This document shows, piece by piece, positions 47,084-55,903 of a stretch of DNA of 64,000 nt (its first letter is position 1; each line of letters opens with the position of its first letter). The notes beneath the pieces were generated by a model. It saw only the letters and a list, made by a program, of their open reading frames with translations. It did not search any database and was not told the DNA's origin. The stretch covers positions 1-64,000 of the forward strand of contig DATMFV010000135.1 of the NCBI GenBank assembly GCA_035555975.1, in the 5' to 3' direction. This DNA is from Chthoniobacteraceae bacterium. Lineage in GTDB: Bacteria > Verrucomicrobiota > Verrucomicrobiia > Chthoniobacterales > Chthoniobacteraceae. Position numbers and translations under genes: made by a program.

Positions 47084-48037
47084 ATGAAAAAGACCCTGCT
47101 CCGAACCACCGTCTCCCTCCTCGCCACGGCGGCGCTGACGCTGCCCGCAGCCGCCAATACGCTGCTCGTCAACTGGGGAGGCAACTATTTTGTTGGAGAA
47201 TCCGCCACCGACCTGAACATCCTGACCAACTACGGGACGCAGGAACCGATCTCGGGCGGCTTTCTTCTCCCCTACAGTACCGTCTCCACGATGTCGCCCG
47301 ACAAACACGCCCGATATGATGCCGACGGCACTTCCGCCACCTTCTACGGAGCCGTCCAGATTACCAGCCAAAGCGGCACCACCACCGATGCGCAGGTGCG
47401 CATCCTGCGCAACAACGACCAGAACCGCATCCACATCAATACCGCTGTCGGGAACGCCTCCAATCACACCTTCACGCGGGGGCTTTTCTTCTGGAAGAAG
47501 GAAGATTTCCTCAATGGTTTTGCAGATCAGCCCAACCTTTCGCTGGCTGATTTTCAGAAGCTGACCCTCAACACCGCCAACGCCCGCAGCAATCAAAATA
47601 CCGCCATCCGTTTTGCCGTCCTGAGCGACGGCGTCTGGTATCTCTCGCAAACCCAGCAAACCGGCACCTACTTCAACAGCGCGCCGGGTGAATTTCTTCT
47701 CGCCGTCCCGGTGGAGGAGAACTGGGGCATCTGGAACCCGGCCACCTCCCCGCTCGACCTGCCGCCCACGACGTTTGACAAGCCCGGCTCCGAGTTGGAC
47801 AACATCACCGCCATCGGCTTCTACTTCGATGGCACCTACACCGGGAGCAACTCGGCTTCGTTTGATTTCCAGAGCTTCTCAGTGACCGTCATCCCCGAAC
47901 CCGGCGCCGCCGCCCTCCTCGGCCTCCCTGTGCTATTGCTCGCGGCCTCCCGCTTCAAACGCCGCAGGCAGGCGCTGCCGCCCCTGCCCTCGCCCTCGCC
48001 CTCGCAACAGGCCGGAGCTTTCCCAGGAGTCCATTGA
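47084..48037 (+). CDS. PEP-CTERM domain protein.
   Basis: Signal peptide MKKTLLRTTVSLLATAALTLPAAA; C-terminus VIPEPGAAALLGLPVLLLAASRFKRRR. Confidence 0.8.
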   Translation: MKKTLLRTTVSLLATAALTLPAAANTLLVNWGGNYFVGESATDLNILTNYGTQEPISGGFLLPYSTVSTMSPDKHARYDADGTSATFYGAVQITSQSGTTTDAQVRILRNNDQNRIHINTAVGNASNHTFTRGLFFWKKEDFLNGFADQPNLSLADFQKLTLNTANARSNQNTAIRFAVLSDGVWYLSQTQQTGTYFNSAPGEFLLAVPVEENWGIWNPATSPLDLPPTTFDKPGSELDNITAIGFYFDGTYTGSNSASFDFQSFSVTVIPEPGAAALLGLPVLLLAASRFKRRRQALPPLPSPSPSQQAGAFPGVH

Positions 48038-48077
48038 CTTTACGGGCGTTTCGGAGAGACAACAGAGGCTGCTTCCC

Positions 48078-48488
48078 ATGCCTATCTCCTACGACGACCG
48101 CCGCACCATCACCACCGCCGAGTTCATCGACCTGATGAAGCGTTCCACCCTCGCCGAACGCCGACCGATTGAGGATACCGAAGCGATGGGCGAGATGATC
48201 GCCAATACCAACCTGCTTTGCACCGCGTGGGACGGGGAAAAGCTGGTCGGCATCGCCCGTTCGCTGACTGATTTTGCCTACTCGTGCTACCTGGCGGATC
48301 TCGCCATCGACGCCGCCTACCAGCGCCGTGGCATCGGCCGGGAACTGATCCGCCGCACCCAAGCCCGCCTCGGGCCCTACACCAAGATCATCCTCCTCGC
48401 CGCGCCGAAAGCGGTCGGCTACTACGGAAAAATCGGCTTCGACCCCCACCCCTCCGCCTGGACCCTGCCGCGCGACCGGTCGGTTTAA
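48078..48488 (+). CDS. GNAT-family N-acetyltransferase.
   Basis: …YLADLAIDAAYQRRGIGRELIRR… acetyl-CoA-binding motif; 136 aa. Confidence 0.75.
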   Translation: MPISYDDRRTITTAEFIDLMKRSTLAERRPIEDTEAMGEMIANTNLLCTAWDGEKLVGIARSLTDFAYSCYLADLAIDAAYQRRGIGRELIRRTQARLGPYTKIILLAAPKAVGYYGKIGFDPHPSAWTLPRDRSV

Positions 48489-48596
48489 AAACACGAAAGG
48501 GCGGCGGCCCCCGGCATGGGACTCCGCTCCACGCCCGCCACCCGCCCGTCCGGAAAGACGGGTGTCAAGCTTCCCCTCACCAACGCCAAACCGCTG

Positions 48597-48821
48597 CTAT
48601 GTTGTCGCAGGGTGATGGGAGCGGCTGGCGCAGGAGGCGCAGCAGTAGACCTTCCCCTCCTCCTCCACGCCATGCCCGATCACCCGGCAGCCACAATGCG
48701 CGCACTTCGGGGCAAGGGCCTGAATGGCGCACTCAAAGCTGTCAAAAACGTGGGATTCCCCCTGGATGGAGATTTCCAGCGGTTTGTCGTATTCGTTGCC
48801 GCAGACTTCACATTGCATCAT
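48597..48821 (-). CDS. Small Cys-rich, zinc-ribbon-like putative metal-binding protein (TRASH/YHS-like), 74 aa.
   Basis: MMQCEVCGNEYDKPLEI…HVFDSFECAIQALAPKCAHCGCRVIGHGVE…YCCASCA. An internal MM start was chosen; the 92 aa upstream of it in the track ORF are Arg/Gly-rich junk. Confidence 0.45.
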   Translation of the reverse strand: MMQCEVCGNEYDKPLEISIQGESHVFDSFECAIQALAPKCAHCGCRVIGHGVEEEGKVYCCASCASRSHHPATT

Positions 48822-48924
48822 GCCCGTAATATCGTGAGCGCCACGCCCGCCGGTCCTGCCGGAATGGCTTTTCCTATGCCCGCCACCCGCTGGGGAAATG
48901 CCCGCGCCTTGCGGTGAAACGGAA

Positions 48925-49179
48925 TCACCGGGTTTCCGGTAACGGTCCCTCTTTTTTCGTCGGCCCGGCGAGAAAGTCCACGGCAAGCGTTGCCATCGTG
49001 CGGGCGCTGACGACCAACGCGCTGTCATCGACAAAAAAACCGGGGTTATGATTAGGGGCTGCTTTCGCCGGGTCTTGATCAAGCGGTGTAATCCCAAGGA
49101 AAACGTAGAGGCCGGACCATCCGCTTGCTTGCGCTACTCCTGAAAGTGGCATCCCACACCCCCCTGCGAGAGACGTGGG
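48925..49179 (-). pseudogene. C-terminal ~85-aa remnant of an M20D-family amidohydrolase. The N-terminal ~300 aa are missing, at the low-GC islet border.
   Basis: …GWSGLYVFLGITPLDQDPAKAAPNHNPGFFVDDSALVVSARTMATLAVDFL resembles the C-terminal HHxP(K)FDxDE…A…FL block of M20D amidohydrolases. The frame opens at a TAA at 49180-49182 and GC content drops just beyond it. Confidence 0.45.
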
Positions 49180-49244
49180 TTATTTGGTGAGAACCTGATT
49201 GAACCAGAGGATAGCCGCTTCTCCCTCTTTCTGCACAATCTCAC

Positions 49245-51398
49245 TTACCGTACGACTGTGGCGGATGCCGTTTCGTAATTCAGCCAGTTGATCGAATTTG
49301 GTGCCAAGCGACTCCTTTGTGCCAAAACGTGATTAAACAGAGGCCATGACATCCTGCCGACAATGGTGGCCTGCAACTCTCGAAGATCGAAATATTCCAA
49401 TTTTCCGACCAATGTTTGAAATCTTTCAACGTCAAGAGATGCGTTCTTTTTAGTAGCCCGGGCTATCCGTTCGTCTACCTTTTGCAGAACGTGTAAAGGA
49501 ATCTGCGACAACTCGGTACCGACGACCCTCTCGATCATTGCGCGCAGGGCGAGCTCAACCTTCTCGGTTGCCGCATCCAAATCGCGGAACTGAGGCGACA
49601 GGTCAAGACGTTCTTTGATCAGGAGGTTCTCAATCGCCTCTTGCAGAGTACGTTGGCGCTCCGCGATGAAGCACTCAAAATCTTCAGGACCGAACTCGGG
49701 TCTGAGCAGGATGTCGAACGCTGCGGGAGAGATAAAGTGTGATTCGAGAATGCTGCGCACCGTGGCTTCACCGCTCTGCGTGATCAACTCAGGCAAGTAT
49801 TCATAAGGGAGACGTGCCCTGATGATGTGTCGGTTGGTGTTGGCGGTAAGCGGCGTGCGGTTAAGGATCGAGTTACCGAGGGCATCGTTGATATTATCCT
49901 TGCACCACGAAGCAGGAACAATGTGATGGTCATCAAGGTCGCCATATTGGGGAACATCGCCGGTCATCCAATCCCGAGCCCCTTGAAGGATCAAAAGGTT
50001 GAAGATGCCGTTGTAAACGGAAGTACCCCGCTTGATTTCCTTCCGCAATTCGAGATTGCGGAAGCGTTGTGCAAACTCTGCAATCAAGGCAGGCTCTGAA
50101 ATATCGTTATGGAACCATTCTTTTACATCCAGAAAATCGCGAGCACTAGTAGACTCGACTGAGCCTGAATAACGGTTATTAAAGACGGATGCCCAATACC
50201 AGTGCCGGAGTTTCCTGCGAGCGTCCAGTTGCCTTACTGCCGGGAGTGTTTTGCTGTGAGCACGCAGCGCCGCAAAGACGGGCAGAATGGAAACATATGG
50301 GAGAAAGTTCGGGTTGACAGCCCCATACTCTTGAGGGTGGCTCAAGACTTTAAGTGCACTATCCAACGCATCGACAGCAATATTCCACCGCGATTCAAAC
50401 TCACTAATATCGGAAATGAGAATTTCTTTGCGTCGCGTGCCGTCTGGGTCGCGGACCGGCTTCTCTTGCCCTGGTAATAAGAAATAAAGATACCTCGGCG
50501 AGCAATAACCCTGCCGGAGAATACTCATTACCTGAAGAATATAGACGTTCATTTTCTCGGTTTCGACCGCCTCAAGCCGTGGGGCTGCTTCTCGCCACAT
50601 TTGTTTGAGTTGAAGTCCTTTTGGCTTCAGCAAGGCATTGATGAGGTCGAATACATCGAGACGGATGCCACGGCTATTGATTTGCGTAAAAATATCACAA
50701 ACCTTATCCACTTTAAGGTCTTTATCGAGCTCGATATATGAGATCTGGTACTGACCGGTGATGCCCTGAAGCAGCTCACCAAAAGCCCTGGCATTAGAGC
50801 AGTGGTTTTGTGCGAGCTGGGCCTCCTCCCCTCCTGCAGCTTCGGCTTTCGCCTTCCAAAACGCCTCGTAACGCTGAACCCAGTTCGGCAACTCCCACCC
50901 GGTCGCTCCAATAATGGAGAAAGGAAATAAATGATTGGCAAACTGTGCTTCCTGATCGGAAAGAACGTTGACCCATCGACGAGTTAGCCTTTCGTAGCCG
51001 AATGCCTCGTCGTATTCTTCCTTCATGAATTTATCCACATGCACGAAATAGAAGAATCGGCTTGTTCGATTGGGAAGTGGCACGTCGGGCGACAGGAACG
51101 CGTAGTATATCGCTGTAAGACGTTGTTGTCCATCAAGGACAATATATTCCGGCTTCCCGACACCCTCGTAACCATAAATAGACTCGCATGACAAAGCTTC
51201 AAAGTTCTCCGTCTTACCCTTCCACAGCAAGAGACTCCCGATGTAGTAATCAAGAAAGATTGAGCGCATTAACTCCCGGATATCCCAAGGCTTCCATTCG
51301 AATTCCCGTTGGAAATCCGGTATAACGAAACGTCCTTCGCGGAGGTAGTTTACAAGAGTGTTAAGACTAAGGTGATCGGGCCTTTGAGCGCCTTTCAT
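49245..51398 (-). CDS. DUF262 (ParB-like, DGQQR) plus DUF1524 (His-Me/HNH) fusion protein. A GmrSD/SspE/BrxU-like putative modification-dependent nuclease with an extra ~150 aa C-terminal domain.
   Basis: N-terminus IPDFQREFEW…YIVLDGQQRLTAIYY (DUF262) and C-terminus GDLDDHHIVPASW…NSILNRTPLTANTNR (DUF1524); 717 aa. GC is around 50% against ~65% in the flanks, with an AT-rich codon bias. Confidence 0.75.
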   Translation of the reverse strand: MKGAQRPDHLSLNTLVNYLREGRFVIPDFQREFEWKPWDIRELMRSIFLDYYIGSLLLWKGKTENFEALSCESIYGYEGVGKPEYIVLDGQQRLTAIYYAFLSPDVPLPNRTSRFFYFVHVDKFMKEEYDEAFGYERLTRRWVNVLSDQEAQFANHLFPFSIIGATGWELPNWVQRYEAFWKAKAEAAGGEEAQLAQNHCSNARAFGELLQGITGQYQISYIELDKDLKVDKVCDIFTQINSRGIRLDVFDLINALLKPKGLQLKQMWREAAPRLEAVETEKMNVYILQVMSILRQGYCSPRYLYFLLPGQEKPVRDPDGTRRKEILISDISEFESRWNIAVDALDSALKVLSHPQEYGAVNPNFLPYVSILPVFAALRAHSKTLPAVRQLDARRKLRHWYWASVFNNRYSGSVESTSARDFLDVKEWFHNDISEPALIAEFAQRFRNLELRKEIKRGTSVYNGIFNLLILQGARDWMTGDVPQYGDLDDHHIVPASWCKDNINDALGNSILNRTPLTANTNRHIIRARLPYEYLPELITQSGEATVRSILESHFISPAAFDILLRPEFGPEDFECFIAERQRTLQEAIENLLIKERLDLSPQFRDLDAATEKVELALRAMIERVVGTELSQIPLHVLQKVDERIARATKKNASLDVERFQTLVGKLEYFDLRELQATIVGRMSWPLFNHVLAQRSRLAPNSINWLNYETASATVVR

Positions 51399-51446
51399 AT
51401 GAACAGTCCTTTCTTCATAAATAGAGTCGATAGGCGGGCATCCACC

Positions 51447-51887
51447 TCAGCGGCATCGTGCTTCAATGGTATAGCTAAAAAATGTTGCACAAATAGCGCA
51501 GCAGTCTATCCGATAGACGCCTTTGTTGGTCCAGTGCGCATCGCTCATTACATCATAAAGCGTATGCGGGTTCGCTTGCCCAATGCCCCAAGAGGCAGCT
51601 TCGAACGTCTGTTCAACGTTTACTACGACTTCCCGGACGTCGCGAAAATGGCGACTCTCGGCCCTTCGAAAGCGGCAGTTCTCCAGAAAAAGTGCTGATT
51701 CCCGATCTTTATCGAACTCCTTCAGCGCGGCCCCATGCTGTTCGTAATGAACATCGGAGGGGCGTTTCGAGAACGGGAGCGAAAAGGGGTATAATTTACA
51801 ATCTGCAGTACGGAGCGGCTTCTTGAGAAACCACGCGGTTTCCCAAAAATGAGATTCGAGTTGTTGCTGGGTGAGTCTTTGCATCAC
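51447..51887 (-). CDS. Hypothetical 146-aa protein in the low-GC islet, 48 bp upstream of the DUF262/DUF1524 gene on the same strand.
   Basis: Protein-like composition (…HFWETAWFLKKPL…YRIDCCAICATFFSY…). The overlapping + ORF 51309..51698 is rejected because it overlaps the big gene's start. Confidence 0.4.
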   Translation of the reverse strand: MMQRLTQQQLESHFWETAWFLKKPLRTADCKLYPFSLPFSKRPSDVHYEQHGAALKEFDKDRESALFLENCRFRRAESRHFRDVREVVVNVEQTFEAASWGIGQANPHTLYDVMSDAHWTNKGVYRIDCCAICATFFSYTIEARCR

Positions 51888-52210
51888 AAGGTGTCGCGGT
51901 CTGCGCCAAATCGCGCGAGGTTAAGGCGGACCTGGGATGTAAAGCGAGCGTTTTTAAGGAACCCTTGGAGATAACCTCGCCCCCCTCACCTCTCCGTTCA
52001 TGTTGACCATTCATTCCAAGTCAAGCGGTCACAGCAGAAAAGACCGATAACTACTCATGGATCGAAAAAAGAAAATGTGTGACAGTCATGTGTGACACTT
52101 TCTCTTTTTCGGTCATTTTTGAGGCGATCCCTCAAGAGTTGGGGGAGATCGGCAAACCTACGTTCTCCCTCGTGCAGCAATGCAAAAAGAGTCCAGAGGC
52201 GTGGAGGGGG

Positions 52211-52302
52211 TGGCGGAAGGGGCGGGATTCGAACCCGCGGTGAGGTTTCCCCCACGTTCGATTTCGAGTCGAGTGCCTTAAACCGGACTCAGCCACCCTT
52301 CC
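52211..52302 (-). tRNA. tRNA-Ser(CGA), type II with a long variable arm, including the encoded CCA.
   Basis: Reverse complement: GGAAGGG TG GCTGAGTCCGGTTTAAGGC A CTCGA CUCGAAA TCGAA CGTGGGGGAAACCTCACC GCGGGTTCGAATCCCGC CCCTTCC G CCA. The 7-bp acceptor, D and T stems pair, the T-loop is TTCGAAT and the anticodon loop is CT-CGA-AA. Confidence 0.85.
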
Positions 52303-52564
52303 GTTTGGTGGAACTGCCGGTATGGTGGCCGGTAGTTTGAAGGCGAGACGATAGGCGCGGAGTGGTTGGGAGGCAATGAAAATCTTTGAGTTTTTTGGGG
52401 AATCGGTCGTTTGACGTTTCTTTGGGTGTTGGAGGGGGCGATTCGCGATTGCTCAGGGCCGGAAAAAGGCTCAACATCGTTGTTTCTTCGCAGGAAAAGG
52501 AGGGTCGGACGGCTCGGTTTTTTGTTCCGATTCCGGCTCCCGCGAAAAATGGAGGAAACTTGAC

Positions 52565-52924
52565 ATGATGCAAACCAAACGTGTCTATGACCCGGCTTCA
52601 GACGAGGATGGAAGCCGGTTTCTGGTCGAACGGCTCTGGCCGCGCGGTGTGAAAAAGGAAGCGCTGGCGATGGAGGCGTGGTGCAAGGAGGCGGGACCGA
52701 GTACCGAACTGCGCAAATGGTTCAACCATGATCCCGAAAAATGGGCTGAGTTCCAGCGCCGATACCGGGCGGAACTCAATGAACGACCCGAGGCGTGGCA
52801 GCCGATCCTCGACGCTGCGAAAAAAGGAACGGTCACGCTCCTCTACAGTTCGCACGATACCGAACACAACAATGCCAAGGCGCTGGAAAGCTACCTCAAA
52901 AAACGGCTGGCCTCAAAAAAGTAA
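52565..52924 (+). CDS. DUF488 (YeaO-like) protein.
   Basis: RVYDPASDEDGSRFLVERLWPRGVKKE…RKWF.HDPEKW..F..RY..EL; 119 aa. Confidence 0.7.
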   Translation: MMQTKRVYDPASDEDGSRFLVERLWPRGVKKEALAMEAWCKEAGPSTELRKWFNHDPEKWAEFQRRYRAELNERPEAWQPILDAAKKGTVTLLYSSHDTEHNNAKALESYLKKRLASKK

Positions 52925-52934
52925 CCCCGATGTG

Positions 52935-53696
52935 TCAAAACTCCAGCGTCACCGCAAACGGCTTGCGTACCCTTGCCTCGCTGGCCAGCGTTGTCCTCTT
53001 TTGAGTCGTGGCTGTCGTCGTTTCCGTCTCCGCACCTTTTTGGCTTTCCAAGCGGGCCATGGCCGACGACCGGGTGGCCGATTTTTCCGTCGCCGCCAGG
53101 TTTGCCTTCGAGCGGGCCGTCGTACGAACCCATTTGCGGGTCGGTTGCGGCGTGATGTAAACCTTCGTCCCGACGGGGATCTGCTTGTAAAGCTCGACCA
53201 CGTCGCGCGAACGCATCCGGATGCAACCGTAGCTCACCGGCCTGCCGATGTTCCGTTCCTCCGGGGTGCCGTGAATGTAGATACCGCGCTGGAATGCACG
53301 GCGATTTTGCGGTTCCAGCCCTTCGAGCCGGAGGATGCGCGTGACGATCGGGTCGCGGCCCGGCGCGTTGGGAGCGAGCACTTCGCCGGTAAACCGACGC
53401 CCTTTGAGCACCGCCCCGAGCGGCAGGTTGTCCCCCACCTTGGAGCAGATGCTGAACGCGCCGAGCGGCGTCTTGTAACTGCGCGGGGCGTCGCCCAGGC
53501 CGAAACGCGAGGTCGAAATCGGGTACGACGCGACCGCCGTTCCATTGTACAAAACCTTGAGCCGCTGTTCGGCCACGCTGATCAAAACCTCCGCCACCCC
53601 GCCACCGGGCGCCGCGAAAAGAGAAGGAGCCATGCCAAACGAAGAGGCACCGATCACGATGGCCACCAAACGGGAAACAACTGGGCGGAAAGTCAT
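52935..53696 (-). CDS. L,D-transpeptidase (YkuD/ErfK domain).
   Basis: Signal peptide, then …GIYIHGTPEERNIGRPVSYGCIRM, the catalytic His/Cys motif. Confidence 0.8.
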   Translation of the reverse strand: MTFRPVVSRLVAIVIGASSFGMAPSLFAAPGGGVAEVLISVAEQRLKVLYNGTAVASYPISTSRFGLGDAPRSYKTPLGAFSICSKVGDNLPLGAVLKGRRFTGEVLAPNAPGRDPIVTRILRLEGLEPQNRRAFQRGIYIHGTPEERNIGRPVSYGCIRMRSRDVVELYKQIPVGTKVYITPQPTRKWVRTTARSKANLAATEKSATRSSAMARLESQKGAETETTTATTQKRTTLASEARVRKPFAVTLEF

Positions 53697-53917
53697 GCGC
53701 AGCCGTTTTTAACCACAAACCGTTGAGGGAGTGAAGCGTAAAACGAAGGCCGCCCCCGGAAATCGCCCGAGAAGCCCCCGGCGCTTTTTCCCGTAAAAAG
53801 CGGCTCCCGCTGATGAAACCGGGTTGATTCTTCCGCTTCGGCCCACGATACTCCCCAACCTCCCCCTCCGGCCCGCTCCCCGGGAGCCAAAAACAAGCCT
53901 TTCTTCAACGTTGCCAC

Positions 53918-55873
53918 ATGCGAAAAAAAAGTTTCATCCCTGCTCTTTTTCTCCCGCTGCTGCTTTTCTGGCTCGCAGGATGTGACAACAACCCGAACCC
54001 CGCGCCGCTCCACACGCAACGGACCGACGGCTCGCCGTGGGTCGTCAGCTATCGCAACCTCGGGACCGACCCCCGCTCGCTCGACCCGCAGTACAGCTAT
54101 GACACCGTCGGAAACGCCGTCCTTTCGCAGATCTACGAGGGGCTTTTCCAGTACAACCTGTTTGCGACCGACCCGTACCGGCTCGAACCATGCCTGGCCG
54201 AAGCGATGCCCAAGCGGATTGACCATGGAGACGGCAGGGTGTCGTACGAAATCCGCCTCAAAAAAGGCATCCGCTTTCATGACGACCCGTGTTTCCCCGG
54301 CGGCAAGGGACGCGAGGTGACGGCGCACGATTTTGTCTACACCTTCCAGCGGATCGCCGACCCGAAGGTCGAGTGCCCCGTCCTTTCGACGCTCCAGGAG
54401 TTTGTCGTCGGCCTGCAAAGCGCCTTTGAGCAGGCGCGCGACAAGGGGGAGTTTGACTATAGCCAACCGACCGGGGCGATCACCGTCATCGACGACCACA
54501 CCTTCCGGATTCACCTGACGCGGCCCTACCCGCAGGTCCTCTACTGGCTGGCGATGCCGTTCACCGCGCCGATCGCCCGCGAAGCGGTGGAGTATTACGA
54601 CGGGAAGGAGGGACGCGACACGTTCAACTTCCACCCGGTCGGCACCGGCCCGTTCAAGATGCACGAATGGCGGCGCAAACGGCTGATCCGCCTGATCCGC
54701 CACCCCGAATACCGCGCCACCCGCTTCCCCGCCAGCGGCTGGACCCCGGACCGGGATGCCCTTTTCTCCCCCCTGGCCGACGCCCCGCTGCCGCTGGTCG
54801 ATGAAGTCCAGCTCGCCATCATCCGCGAGGCCGTTCCGGCGTGGCTCCTCTTCCGGCAGGGGTACCTCGACCGTTCCGGGGTGAGCAAGGATGTCTTCAA
54901 CACCGTCATCACCAACACCCAGGGGCTCTCCAAAAAATTCGAGGAACAGGGCATCCGCCTCTACCGCGATGTCGACCCGACGACCTATTACCTCCAGTTC
55001 AACATGGAGGACCCGGTGGTCGGCAAAAACAAGAAGCTGCGACAGGCGATCTCCATGGCGTACGACGAAGACCGCGCCAACGAAATCTTCCGCAACGGCA
55101 TCGACCTCAAGAGCGAACAACTCCTCCCGCCGGGCCTGATCGGCTACGACCCCGATTTCCGCAACCCATACCGCGTCTTTGATCTCGAAAAGGCGAAACA
55201 ACTCCTCGCCGAAGCCGGTTACCCCGACGCGATCGACCCGGCGACAGGCCAGCCGCTGGTGCTCAAGCTCGACGTCATCGCGCCCGATTCCGCCTCCCGC
55301 CGCCGGGCGGAGTTTGACAAGACGCAGATCGAACAACTCGGCATCCGGTGCGAGATCGAGGAAAACACCTGGGCCCGTTTCCAGGACCGCCAGCAGCGCG
55401 GCCTCTTCCAGATGAACACCGGCTCCGGGTGGCACGCCGATTACCCCGACCCCTCGAACTTCTTTTTCCTCTTCTATAGTAAGAACCTTCCCCCGGCGGG
55501 CCCGAACAGCGCCCGTTTCTCGAACCCGGAGTTTGACGCGCTCTTTGAAAAAATGTCGACCATGGAGAACGGCCCCGAACGGCTCGCCATCATCGAAAAG
55601 ATGAACCGGATTCTGGTCGAAGAGACGCCGGTCGTCTTCATGGGACACCCGGTCATCTTCAGCCTGAGCCAGCCGTGGGTCCCTTACATCTCCTCCAACG
55701 CCATGCTCGCCGGCGGAGGCGGGATGAAGTATCAGATCATCGACCAGAACCTGCGCGCCGAACGCAGGCTGGAACTCAACCGCACCCCGTGGTGGCCGGT
55801 CTGGACGCTGGCGGGGCTGCTCGTCGTTTTTGTCGGCGGTTGCGTGAAACTCGCCCGACGGCGTAACCTGTAA
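53918..55873 (+). CDS. ABC transporter substrate-binding lipoprotein (peptide/nickel family 5, OppA/DppA-like), with an extra C-terminal transmembrane anchor.
   Basis: Lipobox LLLFWLAGC; an SBP_bac_5-like body; a C-terminal hydrophobic stretch WWPVWTLAGLLVVFVGGCV. Confidence 0.8.
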   Translation: MRKKSFIPALFLPLLLFWLAGCDNNPNPAPLHTQRTDGSPWVVSYRNLGTDPRSLDPQYSYDTVGNAVLSQIYEGLFQYNLFATDPYRLEPCLAEAMPKRIDHGDGRVSYEIRLKKGIRFHDDPCFPGGKGREVTAHDFVYTFQRIADPKVECPVLSTLQEFVVGLQSAFEQARDKGEFDYSQPTGAITVIDDHTFRIHLTRPYPQVLYWLAMPFTAPIAREAVEYYDGKEGRDTFNFHPVGTGPFKMHEWRRKRLIRLIRHPEYRATRFPASGWTPDRDALFSPLADAPLPLVDEVQLAIIREAVPAWLLFRQGYLDRSGVSKDVFNTVITNTQGLSKKFEEQGIRLYRDVDPTTYYLQFNMEDPVVGKNKKLRQAISMAYDEDRANEIFRNGIDLKSEQLLPPGLIGYDPDFRNPYRVFDLEKAKQLLAEAGYPDAIDPATGQPLVLKLDVIAPDSASRRRAEFDKTQIEQLGIRCEIEENTWARFQDRQQRGLFQMNTGSGWHADYPDPSNFFFLFYSKNLPPAGPNSARFSNPEFDALFEKMSTMENGPERLAIIEKMNRILVEETPVVFMGHPVIFSLSQPWVPYISSNAMLAGGGGMKYQIIDQNLRAERRLELNRTPWWPVWTLAGLLVVFVGGCVKLARRRNL

Positions 55874-55903
55874 CCGCTGCCGACCACTCCGGAAAAACTC
55901 CCC

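Larger units (their letters stand above)
49180..52210. other. A ~3 kb low-GC islet (putative horizontally acquired defense islet) between the 3' end of tRNA-Ser and the truncated amidohydrolase gene. No integrase is present.
   Basis: GC around 48-52% against ~65% in the flanks. It borders the 3' end of a tRNA gene and a truncated gene. The cargo is a restriction-like nuclease and a small ORF. Confidence 0.55.

Noticed and set aside
49041-49250. Looked for a direct repeat of the tRNA-Ser 3' end (att site) at the far islet border, and for an integrase.
   Set aside because: No convincing repeat is visible by eye and no integrase or recombinase ORF is present. The islet is therefore not called a mobile element.
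51309-51698. 129-aa + ORF in the islet.
   Set aside because: It overlaps the start of the DUF262/DUF1524 gene and the more plausible minus-strand 146-aa ORF.
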